Assembly (NCBI GenBank): GCA_019746975.1
Contig: JAIERK010000130.1
Location: forward strand, 907-64,906
DNA length: 64,000 nt
Origin: Candidatus Obscuribacterales bacterium
GTDB taxonomy: Bacteria; Cyanobacteriota; Vampirovibrionia; Obscuribacterales; Obscuribacteraceae
Direction: 5' to 3'
Shown in pieces: positions 8,886 through 19,318 of this stretch. The position numbers and the translations under genes are program-made. Numbering within the stretch: the stretch's first letter is position 1; the number at the start of each line of letters is the position of its first letter. The notes under the pieces are model-generated. The model searched no databases, was not told the DNA's origin, and saw only the letters and a list, made by a program, of their open reading frames with translations.

Positions 8886-10043
8886 TTATGTTGAACCTGC
8901 CATCTGTTTTAATCTCTGAATCTCTCTTTCTTCCGACAATGGCAGCTTGTCCTTTTCAATTACCACCACATGTGGTGACTCTGCCGTCTTGCCGGCCTCA
9001 TTCAATCGGCTAAGTATCCAGTTTTGTACGAAATCTGCAACTGGTTGGGTGAGCTGGTTCTCCTCCAGCACCAAGTGTTCGGCACCTGCAACTATGGCGA
9101 ATTGTTTATTGTTGTTGTTATCGATCATTTTAAACAACTTTGCCGATGCTTCCGGCTTCGATAGTTTGTCTTTTGAGCCTTGCATTACAAGAACCGGCAC
9201 GTTTCTTATGCCTTCAGCGCATTTCGGCGTTGCTCTCATTAGTCTGTAGTACGAGTAAGCCTCAGGCACAGAGTAGTTGGTCCTATACACCTGATCGGAC
9301 AGCCAACGCTTGTGCAATTCTTTGTTGCTTGATGCCATGCTAGCCACAGTACGGGCTGCCAGTCCGGGCTCTCCGAAAATCTGGTCGACGAGACCTTCCA
9401 TGGTTATCTTCTTTACCTGGAAGATTTGCCATGCTGGTGCCGAGCAAATCACACCGTCGACGAGTTCTGGGTGCTGGGCGCCGACTCTGAGCGCTATCGC
9501 TCCTCCCATCGACTCGCCAACTACGAAAATCTTTTTGTCTGGTGCCTTTTTCTTGAGCGATTTGATGATCTGGACGATGTCGTTGTCCGTGCCCTCGAAG
9601 TCGATGCGCTTGGCGCCTTTTTCCTTCCGACCCAGGCCAAATCCGCGGACATCGATAGCCACAGTGTTGAAACCACGGCGGGCCATCTCCTCGCCGAAGC
9701 CGTTGAATTCTCTAGCTGAAAGCCCCCAGGCATGAACGCACACGAGGTAGGCCTCGCTAGGACTGGCACTTTTCCACTCCATCAAGCCCTTCTGTCGCGG
9801 GCTGTCAGTGCCGAGCTCGATCTGTGCATGGTATGTGGGTGCCTGCTTCAAAGCGGCGGCATGTTCCACTGTTTCGTTGGTCGAGATGGGCAAGGCACAC
9901 GCAGTTGTGATCGAAAATGAAAAAGCCAGCAGTGCGCTCAGGGTCAGACCGGCAAAACGCTCGGCAGTAGGCTTTTTCGCCGGTTGTTCCACCTTGGCGG
10001 CTTCGCCCGAATTGGCCCTGGGTGAGAGGTAAGTTGTGAGCAT
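8886..10043 (-). CDS. secreted alpha/beta hydrolase (lysophospholipase / monoacylglycerol-lipase-like)
   Basis: It has a hydrophobic signal-like segment (LTLSALLAFSFSITTACA). Hydrolase motifs are VCVHAWGLSAREF, the nucleophile elbow GESMGG, and QGSKDKL / GAEHLV. Confidence 0.7.
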   Translation of the reverse strand: MLTTYLSPRANSGEAAKVEQPAKKPTAERFAGLTLSALLAFSFSITTACALPISTNETVEHAAALKQAPTYHAQIELGTDSPRQKGLMEWKSASPSEAYLVCVHAWGLSAREFNGFGEEMARRGFNTVAIDVRGFGLGRKEKGAKRIDFEGTDNDIVQIIKSLKKKAPDKKIFVVGESMGGAIALRVGAQHPELVDGVICSAPAWQIFQVKKITMEGLVDQIFGEPGLAARTVASMASSNKELHKRWLSDQVYRTNYSVPEAYSYYRLMRATPKCAEGIRNVPVLVMQGSKDKLSKPEASAKLFKMIDNNNNKQFAIVAGAEHLVLEENQLTQPVADFVQNWILSRLNEAGKTAESPHVVVIEKDKLPLSEEREIQRLKQMAGST

Positions 10044-10272
10044 TGAAAGAGAAGGTCCTGTTGTTCGCCCAGGAGCGTAGAGTTTAACTTATAGCATGGT
10101 CTACTTACAACCGAGTCGACGTCATCCGAAAGGCGGATGTTGCCGAAACCGGCAAACCGTCTCCTCGAAGATAAGGTTATTTATGATTCAGTCCAGTCCA
10201 GCACCATTGTTTTTATGCCTCATCACGCATGATTGTATGCATTACGCTCAAAATTTTTCAGCATTTAACCTG

Positions 10273-12048
10273 CTAGATGGATGCCGATATCACGGTTGGT
10301 GTCGTGATTGAAGGTGGAATACTTGTTGCTAGTCGCGTTCGACTGGCTCTGCTTAACGATTCCCATGCATGGTGGCACGCAGTTTTTCTGACCCAATAGT
10401 CGTGATCGTAGGTCATCACTCTTCGGATTTCTTGAGGAAGATAGACCGTCCTGGCCACCAGGATTCTGACGTAAGGATCGGCATCAGCAGCCAGGATTGA
10501 GAGAGCTGCAAACGGAGCGTAGCTGTTACGAGTCACCCACTCACGTACTCGGACATCACTATCCTCAGCGAGCCTGAGAAGGGTCCACGGTGCCGCGCTG
10601 GGATTGGCCGCCACGCGCATTCTTATGCCCGAGGACTCATCCATCGCCAGTCGATTCAGAATGTCTTTTGGTGTCTCGAGCTGACCGGCCATCACCATCT
10701 TCGCATAGTGATTGTTTTCATTGATCAGTTTGCGCATCGAGTGCGGAGAGACACGGGCGAGATTTAGGCTGGTACCAGGCCTGATACTATGAACGTAAGT
10801 GGTCTTATCGGCAGAAAGTTGTCGAATCGCAGCCGGTGGACTTTGTGGGTTGCTGGCCACGGCATGGCGAACCATCTCGCAGTCGTCTCGGGAGAGGGCT
10901 AGCAGAATCTCCGGTGGAGCGTTTTCATTACGCGCCAGCCAGTGCCGCACACGTTGATCTTCGTCACGGGCGAGGCGCCACATCAGGTTGACGCTGCAAT
11001 CATGCGAACGGGCCAAAGCAATTCTCACTTCCGGGGCGGGATCGTAAGCGAATCGCTCAAGCAGCTCTGCCGGGCGACTTTCATTCATCACCGTAAGCAT
11101 GCGAATGAACAGATCCGAGTCGAAGGAAAGCGACATCAGCGATTTTTCCGAGACGTTTTTGTGCGCGGCAATCTCTCTGCGCACGTAGAGATTCGTATCT
11201 CGACAGAGTTTGTGCAGAATTTCGGCAGTGCTCTTTGGATTGGCCGCGACTGCTTGCCTGACGGCGAGCTCGCGGTCGTCGCTCAGCGATGACAGGGTAA
11301 GTGTGGGCGAAAACGGATTGACAGCCACGCATCTTCTGACCGACATCTCGCTGTCAAAGGCGAGCGTTTGCAGCGTTGAAAGTGGTGTGCGTTGATTGTT
11401 GGCAATTGCCTGGCGAATGACCACAACTTCGTCCAACGCGAGTCGGGCTAAGGCCGACTGCGGAGAGGACGGATTGATTGCAATTGATTGCCGCACCACA
11501 GGATCGGGATCGCGGCTGAGCGCATCCAGTGTGGCTTCCGATGTCGATCGATTGCCGGCAATGGCACTGCGTACTGAGGTTGATTCGTCATATGCCAGAA
11601 AATTGAGCAGCTTTCTGGGGCAATCGCTTCGCGCTGCCGCTACTTCTTTGTCCTGACTCGAGGCTTGTGAGGTAAGAAAGTAGAGCCATTCGCCGGGAAT
11701 GCCGATGTCTGAATCAGGTTCGTCGTTGAACAATGAATCGATGAGCGAGCCGTTCGAGTGAACTGACTCGCCATCGTTCAACGCCAGACCAGACAGATCC
11801 CGAATCATTGGGCGACTTATCGTCACATCCTGATCGGAAAGCTCTCCACAAAAACTTTTCGTAATTAGTTCAGAATTAGTTGCAACACCGTCGACAGTAT
11901 CAAGTCGAGCGAACGGAGTCAGTGCATCTTGGCTCATCCAGCTACTTAGAATGTCGCCATCGGACATAATGGGCTGGTTCGCCGTATTTTTTGTTTGCCT
12001 GGTTTCTATTAATGAAGCCAACTTTGTCGAGTCCCTTGTCAGTTGCAT
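10273..12048 (-). CDS. leucine-rich-repeat-variant (LRV/HEAT-like) repeat protein
   Basis: More than 10 tandem units of about 24 aa fit the form D.d..VR.a(V/I)A.NP.tp...L..La (examples: DPVVRQSIAINPSSPQSALARLA, ELAVRQAVAANPKSTAEILHKLC, CEMVRHAVASNPQSPPAAIRQLS). Confidence 0.7.
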   Translation of the reverse strand: MQLTRDSTKLASLIETRQTKNTANQPIMSDGDILSSWMSQDALTPFARLDTVDGVATNSELITKSFCGELSDQDVTISRPMIRDLSGLALNDGESVHSNGSLIDSLFNDEPDSDIGIPGEWLYFLTSQASSQDKEVAAARSDCPRKLLNFLAYDESTSVRSAIAGNRSTSEATLDALSRDPDPVVRQSIAINPSSPQSALARLALDEVVVIRQAIANNQRTPLSTLQTLAFDSEMSVRRCVAVNPFSPTLTLSSLSDDRELAVRQAVAANPKSTAEILHKLCRDTNLYVRREIAAHKNVSEKSLMSLSFDSDLFIRMLTVMNESRPAELLERFAYDPAPEVRIALARSHDCSVNLMWRLARDEDQRVRHWLARNENAPPEILLALSRDDCEMVRHAVASNPQSPPAAIRQLSADKTTYVHSIRPGTSLNLARVSPHSMRKLINENNHYAKMVMAGQLETPKDILNRLAMDESSGIRMRVAANPSAAPWTLLRLAEDSDVRVREWVTRNSYAPFAALSILAADADPYVRILVARTVYLPQEIRRVMTYDHDYWVRKTACHHAWESLSRASRTRLATSIPPSITTPTVISASI

Positions 12049-12325
12049 TTAGACTGAGCCAATTAGTGTCGAGACTGATGATTGTCAAGAGCATTGTGGA
12101 ACAAAACAATACTGCCGTCTAGAGAAAAAAAATTCAAGAACAGACGAAAAATGCAAAACAATCTTGAAAGAGAGTCTGAAAAGGTCGTAATGATAAGGCT
12201 TTTGGGATTCGCCACTTCCGCGGCGGGAAATACTAATTAGACGACGTTTATGATCAAGTGTGTGGAAATAAATGGGAATTCTCCCATGAAAGACTTCTTG
12301 TCGTCGGACTCTGCAAACCACGTCC

Positions 12326-13159
12326 TCAATCCGGTATCAGGTTATCCAAGCCCTTTGTTCTCAGGAAGTCAGCGAATTCAGCTTTGAGGTTTTTGTCCTT
12401 GTACCGATCCAATAGAACGAATCGCTTGATGGGAAGTTCATGCGCTACGTTTTCCTGAACTTGTCTCGGTGTGCCCGAAGGGTTATAAACTTTTACCGAC
12501 ATTTCTGTCTTTAGGCTTCCGTCCATCAAAGGTCGGTGGCGTGTCAGTGACTCTATAAGAAATGAATCGACGATCAAATTTGATTCTTTGACCACGTGGA
12601 CTACGGTGAAAACCTCCCTGAAGATGACCTCGCCCTCGCTCGATTTGAGCGGCTCCTTTGATTTGACAATCGCTACGGAGCGATAGCTGCCCCGATCGGA
12701 AACCCCCCTGTTTGCCAGATTGCAATTCCAGATCACTCCCTTCTTGTCCTTCTGCACACCGAAGTCTGCTGTCTGTTCGGACATGAAGGTGCGAGTCTGT
12801 CGGTTGCTGTAGCCGGAAGCGTAGTCATGAGTGAATACGGTTGTCTCGGTATTCCTTTTCCATGTTCCAGCCAGCCACGAGGGAATTGGATACCAGAGTA
12901 ACGAAACGGTATCGTCCAAGAGCATGCTGTCGTCAAAGAGAGAACCAGCCTGGAGCGAGTCCGGGACAGGATTCATTGAGTTTGAATGCTTTACGCCCAG
13001 CTTGAGAATTGTCTGTCCGTCTTTTACCTCAACCTGTCCACTCGTCTCTTCCTTTGGGTCTTCCACCCAATCCGGATCGGTCTTGGCCTGAAGAGATCCT
13101 TCCGACAGTGCGATGAGGACGGCTGCAACTGATACCAAATACGATATCGTGTTTCTCAA
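12326..13159 (-). CDS. hypothetical secreted protein
   Basis: The ORF is open to 13210, but that start would overlap the upstream gene by 55 nt. A TTG at 13157-13159 overlaps the upstream stop (TTGA) and yields the signal-peptide-like N-terminus (M)RNTISYLVSVAAVLIALSEGSLQA. I recognise no family. Confidence 0.5.
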   Translation of the reverse strand: MRNTISYLVSVAAVLIALSEGSLQAKTDPDWVEDPKEETSGQVEVKDGQTILKLGVKHSNSMNPVPDSLQAGSLFDDSMLLDDTVSLLWYPIPSWLAGTWKRNTETTVFTHDYASGYSNRQTRTFMSEQTADFGVQKDKKGVIWNCNLANRGVSDRGSYRSVAIVKSKEPLKSSEGEVIFREVFTVVHVVKESNLIVDSFLIESLTRHRPLMDGSLKTEMSVKVYNPSGTPRQVQENVAHELPIKRFVLLDRYKDKNLKAEFADFLRTKGLDNLIPD

Positions 13160-13920
13160 TGGGTTTTTACCATCACATGCCGGTCTATAAAGGCGAGCGT
13201 AAGTTGCCATGCGTCTTTCGCTTCTTCTTCTCTGTAATTGTCTCTGCGATCATTGAAGAAGGCATGCGGGGCATTGAGGTAAACTTTCACTTCGGCATGG
13301 CTGGCATACTTCATCGCCGTCTGTTCAAACAACTCCACATCTGTGAGCGTGATTAGCGGATCAATGCCGGAGAAGATGCCGAGCACCGGGCAGAGCTTAC
13401 CTACTGCATAGTCGATTGGATGTTTGGGCTTTTCTGTGGTGAGTTCTGGATACTTGACGCGTCCGTAATAGTCGATAGCAAATGCGACCGATGGATTCGA
13501 GCAGGCGAACATGAAGGCGATTGCGCCGCCCATGCAGTATCCAAGAGTACCGATGCTCTGCGTGATTACGTCCTGGCGTTTTGATATGTTCATGAATAAG
13601 ACTTGCAGATCACCAATGAGCTCGCCATCCGGAATCTTTTCCCACACGGCGCGCATTCCTTGCAGATCGTTTTTGTCTTCGGGCATATTTTCACGACCGT
13701 GAAAAAGATCGGTGGCGAATGTTCTAATCCCTTGGGCAGCAAAGCGTCTTGCTACATCGCGAATATGGTCGTTGAGACCGAAGATCTCGTGTACCAGTAT
13801 CAAGGCCGGTGCCTTTTTATTTGATACCGGTCCGGCTATAAACAGAGGTAGATTGCGTCCGTTGCAATCGTATGTGGTCTCTTCTTCTGTAATTTCGTGC
13901 AAAATGTTTTTTTCTGACAC
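13156..13920 (-). CDS. dienelactone hydrolase family protein
   Basis: Motifs are ALILVHEIFGLNDHIRDVARRFAAQG and the nucleophile motif GYCMGG. Length is about 250 aa. Confidence 0.8.
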   Translation of the reverse strand: MSEKNILHEITEEETTYDCNGRNLPLFIAGPVSNKKAPALILVHEIFGLNDHIRDVARRFAAQGIRTFATDLFHGRENMPEDKNDLQGMRAVWEKIPDGELIGDLQVLFMNISKRQDVITQSIGTLGYCMGGAIAFMFACSNPSVAFAIDYYGRVKYPELTTEKPKHPIDYAVGKLCPVLGIFSGIDPLITLTDVELFEQTAMKYASHAEVKVYLNAPHAFFNDRRDNYREEEAKDAWQLTLAFIDRHVMVKTH

Positions 13921-13936
13921 AGATCGTCTCCTCGTA

Positions 13937-14779
13937 TTAGCTGTTCTGTTGACCTTCGGAATAAATTGCTGCTACGACCGATTCGAAGCTCGCCTTGGCC
14001 GATGTCCAGAGGAAGTGCATGTCAACGCCCAGTGCGAGCAACTGAAAACCTTGTTTTATGTAGGCTTTTCCTTTCTCCGGCGAAAGCGAGAAAATTCCTA
14101 TCGGTACTCCATGACGCTTGCAGGCATCCAGGACAACTTGAATCGCTTCGATTATCTGAGGATCGTCGACCTCCCCCAGTTTGCCGTAGCTGCCTGAAAG
14201 ATCGTAGGGGCCGATGATGATGGCGTCGATCCCCTCAATTTTCAAAATTGCATCTATGTTTTGCACACCATCGAGGTGTTCAATTTGCAAAATTACTGTA
14301 GTCTCGCTGTTGGCATCGCGGACATAGTTGGAGAATTCCATGCCGAAGCCTTGAGCGCGGGCGAGACCAACGCTTCTCGTGCCGAATGGTGGGTACTTAG
14401 CCGCCACTACCGCTTTTAGCGCCTCAGCCTGAGTTCTCACTTGTGGGACGATAATTCCGTCTGCACCGAGGTCCAGAACCCGTTTTATCCAAATCTCGTC
14501 ATTTCCGGGGATGCGAACAAAGGCTGCACAGCGGCTAGTCTTAGCCATAAGCATGCTCTGCACTTGATCGAGTTCAAGCGGGGAATGCTCCATATCTATC
14601 CAGAGCCAATCGAAGCCGCAGCGTGAAACGGCCTCAACTACACAGGGCGGGCTGAGCGTCATAATCGTCCCGACAAGCGGTCTGTTTTGAATTACCAATT
14701 CGTTGAAAAGGTGCACGGCAATACTCCTTGGCCGACTCGAAGCCGGCAGGGCGACCAACCGAATAAAATGGTATACCAC
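13937..14779 (-). CDS. HpcH/HpaI-family 2-keto-3-deoxy-acid aldolase
   Basis: GFDWLWIDMEHSP and the later RIPGND, QIEH and GPYDLS motifs are typical of HpcH/HpaI aldolases. Confidence 0.8.
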   Translation of the reverse strand: MVYHFIRLVALPASSRPRSIAVHLFNELVIQNRPLVGTIMTLSPPCVVEAVSRCGFDWLWIDMEHSPLELDQVQSMLMAKTSRCAAFVRIPGNDEIWIKRVLDLGADGIIVPQVRTQAEALKAVVAAKYPPFGTRSVGLARAQGFGMEFSNYVRDANSETTVILQIEHLDGVQNIDAILKIEGIDAIIIGPYDLSGSYGKLGEVDDPQIIEAIQVVLDACKRHGVPIGIFSLSPEKGKAYIKQGFQLLALGVDMHFLWTSAKASFESVVAAIYSEGQQNS

Positions 14780-14909
14780 CGGTACACAATTTAGATGAAT
14801 CGTCGATTGAAAAGCTTTATAGATGCGGCGGCAAGTTTCCAGAACTACTATGATAATTACTTATCGCTTGACTGCGCTCGAGTCCATCGGAAGTTGGTAA
14901 GAGGAAAAT

Positions 14910-17048
14910 TTGACTTCTGAATCAGAGTCCAATCGAATGGAAGGCGCTCCCAGTGCCGATGGCGAGCCCAAAGCCGCGCCTGCGCGCAACATCTTCGAAA
15001 TTTTGAAGCCCTGGTCCATTCAGACCGGCTTTCCAGCTACCAAGGCAGTGATCGCAATCAACTTCGCCGTCTTCGTGGCAATGTGTGTCGCATCTCGAGG
15101 GATGGCAATTCTTTTGCCGTCCATTGGACTCATGATCGACTGGGGCGGCGACTATGCGCCTCGCACCTTCGACGGGCAGTGGTGGCGGATGTTCACCTGC
15201 ATGTTCTTGCACTTCGGGCTTATTCATGTCGCGGTCAATATGTGGGCGTTGTGGGACCTTGGCTCGGCGGTCGAGCGCCTGTTCGGCACGAAGAAATTCG
15301 TCGTGATCTATCTAATCAGTGGTCTCTGCGGCTCTGCCCTCAGCCTGTTGTGGAATCCTGATCTTTGTTGTGCTGGAGCGTCTGGCGCAATTTATGGCGT
15401 CCTTGGTGCTGTTGTCGGCGTATTCAAAGGGCATGAAAACGAAATTGATAAGATTGAGTTTTTCAAAGCCGGCAAGTCGATAGCTACATTCATTCTTCTC
15501 AGTCTTGTTTTTGGAGTGGTGGCAGGTTTTGACAATGCCGCCCACATAGGCGGTCTTGTGAGCGGCTTTGTTCTGGGTTGGATTCTCGCCGGCAAGCGCA
15601 GCGCTATCGCTTTGTATGGCGGGACCGCGCTCACCTGCGCTGTCTTCGTAGCGCTGGTTATTTTGGCTACTACTCTGCCTTTTGATTTTCGTAACCGCTA
15701 CTGGTTTTTGAAAGGAGTCGAATCTCTCGAGCGTTTCGAAAACAACAAAGCTATTGAAGCTTTTAATAAACAGCTTGAAAGAAAACCGGACGACAGCTTG
15801 ACTCTGGCATATCGTGGTGCTGCCCTCATGGGTCTCGAACGTGACAAGGATGCGCTTGCCGACCTCGATAGAGCGATTGAGCTCAACCCTAAGGTTGGCT
15901 CCGCATACATGTTTCGCGCGCGCTTGAAATTGAAAGAGGACTCGATTTTGCAAAGGCGAGCGGCTCTGGCTGATGCAGATCAAGCCATAGAGCTGAAAGC
16001 AACAGCCGATGAGGCTTTATTGACAAGGGCGCATGCCAATATTCAGGTCGCTCTAAAAGGTTCTGCCGACAACTTTAAATTTGCCCTCAAAGACATCGAC
16101 AAAGTTTTGGCCCGCTCGCCAGACAATCAAGAAGCGCTTGCCTTCCGGGCTTACGTTCAATTTCAAGGTTGCAACTATGGGGATGCCTTGACCAGTTGTA
16201 ATAGAGCCATTGCTGCTGGTGCCTCTCAAACCTGGCTTGTGGAGACGCGTGCGAAGTGTTATGCCCGACTGAAAGACTACAAGAATGCGACCGGAACGTT
16301 CGACCAACTGATCGCACTTCATGACGGTAGTGAAGTCTACTATTGTGTCTGCAAGGCTAAACTACTGAGGGCGATGGGCGAGACGAAAAGCGCAGTGCAG
16401 GTTCTCGACGATGTTGTTAGAACAAATCCCAATTCCGTCAGTGCCCTCACGTTGCTTGCCTATATATTCAACGGTGTTGGTTCAGAAAAACAAGCTCAAT
16501 ACGCCTTACAAAAAGCACTGTGCGCTTCGGTAGGCAAAAATCCAGCCGATCAGTTCTATTTCAATCGTGCTGCTGCGCGCTATTCCTTCGGCGACTATGC
16601 AGGAGCTGTGCGCGATTGCGACGAGGTGCTTGCTCTTCAGAGCGATATGCGAGTCTATGCTTCATTGCTGAAGTATCTGGCGCTCGAGAAATCTACCGGC
16701 AATCCAGCCTCCGTGAAGGTCACGTACGAACCAACCGAACTGGAAAAGACGGTTTGGCCTTACCCAATCTTCCAGTATTTTTCTGGTGCGCGGACTAAGG
16801 ATAAGGATTGGCTTTTCCGTGCCGCAAGAACTGATGACGAGTTGGTGGAAGCGAAGACGTATGTTGCGCTCGATTTGATTTCGAAAAGGCAGCCGGGCGC
16901 AGATGACCTTCTCTCCTGGGTGATCAACAACGGTAACCGCTTCTTAGTTGAGTATGATCTCGCCGGCGCGGAGTTCACCAAAATGGTACGAGAAGAGCAG
17001 TTACAGGATACTCAGCCGACTTACAAAAAGGGGTTGAAGCTCTTCTAG
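14910..17048 (+). CDS. rhomboid-family intramembrane serine protease fused to C-terminal TPR repeats
   Basis: WWRMFTCMFLHFGLIHVAVNMWALW and GASGAIYGVLGA (catalytic Ser) plus AHIGGL (His) define the rhomboid core. About 400 aa of TPR-like repeats follow (AYRGAALMGLERDKDALADLDRAIELNP...). The start is a TTG at 14910 after AGGAAA; the ATG at 14937 is an alternative. Confidence 0.85.
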   Translation: MTSESESNRMEGAPSADGEPKAAPARNIFEILKPWSIQTGFPATKAVIAINFAVFVAMCVASRGMAILLPSIGLMIDWGGDYAPRTFDGQWWRMFTCMFLHFGLIHVAVNMWALWDLGSAVERLFGTKKFVVIYLISGLCGSALSLLWNPDLCCAGASGAIYGVLGAVVGVFKGHENEIDKIEFFKAGKSIATFILLSLVFGVVAGFDNAAHIGGLVSGFVLGWILAGKRSAIALYGGTALTCAVFVALVILATTLPFDFRNRYWFLKGVESLERFENNKAIEAFNKQLERKPDDSLTLAYRGAALMGLERDKDALADLDRAIELNPKVGSAYMFRARLKLKEDSILQRRAALADADQAIELKATADEALLTRAHANIQVALKGSADNFKFALKDIDKVLARSPDNQEALAFRAYVQFQGCNYGDALTSCNRAIAAGASQTWLVETRAKCYARLKDYKNATGTFDQLIALHDGSEVYYCVCKAKLLRAMGETKSAVQVLDDVVRTNPNSVSALTLLAYIFNGVGSEKQAQYALQKALCASVGKNPADQFYFNRAAARYSFGDYAGAVRDCDEVLALQSDMRVYASLLKYLALEKSTGNPASVKVTYEPTELEKTVWPYPIFQYFSGARTKDKDWLFRAARTDDELVEAKTYVALDLISKRQPGADDLLSWVINNGNRFLVEYDLAGAEFTKMVREEQLQDTQPTYKKGLKLF

Positions 17049-17170
17049 TCGAACGAACGACTTGCTGTGTCGTCACCGGGACGTAGACGATCATGCTCGG
17101 CGCCTGCGAGTCGCCGGGGCTCCGCGATGCGTTTCTCGAAATCCCAATGTAGACGTATACGATCTACACG

Positions 17171-19318
17171 CTATTTCAGATTGGGCGCTTCAGTGTTCAG
17201 CAATGGCAGGAGGTTGACGTAATCGTCGGTCCAGAGTCTCTGATTCGGATCCGGCTCGGTTTTTGTGATGATCGCCTGTCCATAATCTGCCTTCCCGGCT
17301 TCGTAGATGTGCTTGACGGTATCGAGGAGGGCCGGGTCTCTGGTCAAGAAAACATGAGTCGACCCTTGCACTGTTGACGTCACGGCGTTCAACGAAAATT
17401 CTTTAGCGAGATTGCCGATGACCGGTGGCAGCTTGAGGAATCGGTTGGATACGTGGAATACCAGCACGCCATCAGGTTTCAGATGTCTGAGATATATCTC
17501 CATGGCCTGTTTATTGATCAAATGAACCGGAATTGAATCTCCGTTAAATACGTCGATAAACAGGAGGTCGAATGCTTGGCTGGGTTCCCGATTGAGTACC
17601 GAGCGACCGTCGCCTATCAACACTTCTACATTGGCTTTGCTTGATTTAATAAACGAGAAATATTTTCGGGCAAGATACTCCACCTTAGGGTCGAGTTCGT
17701 AGTATTTGATCGAATCGCCGTCTTTTGCAAAGGCGGCATTTCCGCCGACGCCAAGTCCTACAATGCCGACCTTGAGCGTCGCTGAGACCGACGTTCTGGT
17801 CTTCATCTCGCGGGCGAGTTGAAAGGCAATGGACACGTTTTTCCAGTAGAGTCCGTTCGCCTTTTCGGGAGGCACATTCTTGAGCTCCAAACCGTGAATA
17901 ACGCGACCATGGACCATAGCTATCTCATTCGGGCCGTTCTCCGGTTTTCGAGAGGTGATTTGAATACTGCTGTAGAAATTACGTTGCTCGGCTATCACTG
18001 AACTGCGCAGGAAGAAAAATGGAACGGCGCAGAGAGAGAGAGAGAGGAGAGCCATTACTAGAACCATGACCTCAAGCAACTTTGACGATAGACGACTGAG
18101 GGTCGACACCCCCTCAAGGTTGCCTTCTTTCCTAAACCGTTTGGTGACGACAAGCCCTGCGGCCACTACTACCAGCAGTACCACTGCGAGCTGTCTCTCC
18201 GCGTAGAAGCTGAAAATCAGAGGGGCGATGAAATTGACGAAAATGCCACCGACGGCGCCACCGAAGGCCATCGCCACATAAAAGGTCGGAAGGTAAATTG
18301 GGTGCGGCCGTCGAGCTACGAGTTCTCCGTGAAAGACCATGCACATGAAAAACATGAGGGCGAGGTTGACGGCGAATAGCAGGGCCAGGCTGTCTCTTGA
18401 CGGGGTGGCGCTGGCCTGTGCAAAGACAAAAAGTTCGGACAGCCACAGCGTCATTGAAATAAAGATATAGGCCCGACGGAAGTAAACCTTGGGATTAACG
18501 AACAGTAAGATAAACGTCAATAGATATGCGGCAAGAGGTAATACCCAAAAGAGCGGCATCGGTGTCACGTCTTGGGTAATGTATGTTGTGAACGCCAATA
18601 AAGTGATTGAGCCGGCCGCGCTCAAGTAGCACCACAAAAGTCCATCGCGGAGTGTCGGTTTCGGAGCGCTTGTCGAGCCTTCCGCCTCGGTGGTGTTGTC
18701 GGCGATAAGCAATCCGCGTTTTTGCATGTTCATCATGGCGGCGCACATAGCTAGGGCAAGCGCTACCAGTCCGATGTAGCAATATGACCATAGTTGCGTC
18801 GTGTTTTCGAGTGCGATTGCCGGTTCTATCAAGATAGGATATGCCAGCAAAGCCACCATCGACCCAATGTTGGATACGCTATAAAGCGGATACGGATCGC
18901 CAAGCTTCATGCGTCGGTACCAGGTCTGCATCATGATGCTGATTGTAGACAGCACGATAAAGGGAAGTGCCAGGCGTTGTGTGAGGGCTCCCATTAGGTC
19001 TAGAGCTGGGTTGTTGATATCGTTGCAGAACCAGGCCGTCAGACCGGGCGGTCTGCTGAAAAACGTGGAGACGATCAAAAGTGCACCATATATGATGACT
19101 TGCCGGCTCATCGCTAATCTTGAAATTGAATAAGCGGCAAAATATCCGCTTAGCAGAGCGACCTGGAAGAACAACATGCATGCCGACCACACGCCGGCGG
19201 TTCCTCCGAAAGCTGGTGTGACCAGCTTTCCGACCAGTGGCTCAAGGGTGAACAGCAAGAACGCGCCGGACAGTACAATCGCAGAGAATCCGATAACAGC
19301 TATGTTTTTGGTGCTCAA
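17171..19318 (-). CDS. polytopic membrane protein fused to a spermidine-synthase-like (class I methyltransferase-fold) domain
   Basis: An N-terminal region of about 440 aa has many TM helices. The C-terminal domain has VGIVGLGVGG and DLLFIDVFNGDSIP, typical of aminopropyltransferase folds. Its TTG start overlaps the lipA stop (TTGA). Confidence 0.75.
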   Translation of the reverse strand: MSTKNIAVIGFSAIVLSGAFLLFTLEPLVGKLVTPAFGGTAGVWSACMLFFQVALLSGYFAAYSISRLAMSRQVIIYGALLIVSTFFSRPPGLTAWFCNDINNPALDLMGALTQRLALPFIVLSTISIMMQTWYRRMKLGDPYPLYSVSNIGSMVALLAYPILIEPAIALENTTQLWSYCYIGLVALALAMCAAMMNMQKRGLLIADNTTEAEGSTSAPKPTLRDGLLWCYLSAAGSITLLAFTTYITQDVTPMPLFWVLPLAAYLLTFILLFVNPKVYFRRAYIFISMTLWLSELFVFAQASATPSRDSLALLFAVNLALMFFMCMVFHGELVARRPHPIYLPTFYVAMAFGGAVGGIFVNFIAPLIFSFYAERQLAVVLLVVVAAGLVVTKRFRKEGNLEGVSTLSRLSSKLLEVMVLVMALLSLSLCAVPFFFLRSSVIAEQRNFYSSIQITSRKPENGPNEIAMVHGRVIHGLELKNVPPEKANGLYWKNVSIAFQLAREMKTRTSVSATLKVGIVGLGVGGNAAFAKDGDSIKYYELDPKVEYLARKYFSFIKSSKANVEVLIGDGRSVLNREPSQAFDLLFIDVFNGDSIPVHLINKQAMEIYLRHLKPDGVLVFHVSNRFLKLPPVIGNLAKEFSLNAVTSTVQGSTHVFLTRDPALLDTVKHIYEAGKADYGQAIITKTEPDPNQRLWTDDYVNLLPLLNTEAPNLK

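Noticed and set aside
15312-15983. 223 aa minus-strand ORF inside the rhomboid-TPR gene
   Set aside because: It is antisense to a gene with clear rhomboid catalytic motifs and has no features of its own.
14910-17048. Idea that the rhomboid-TPR protease is a rhombosortase processing the Y[IL]DP[GS]TG micro-proteins
   Set aside because: The genes are 33 kb apart, and the motif is not GlyGly-CTERM. Rhomboid-TPR fusions (GluP-like) are a known general architecture. Nothing in the sequence links them.
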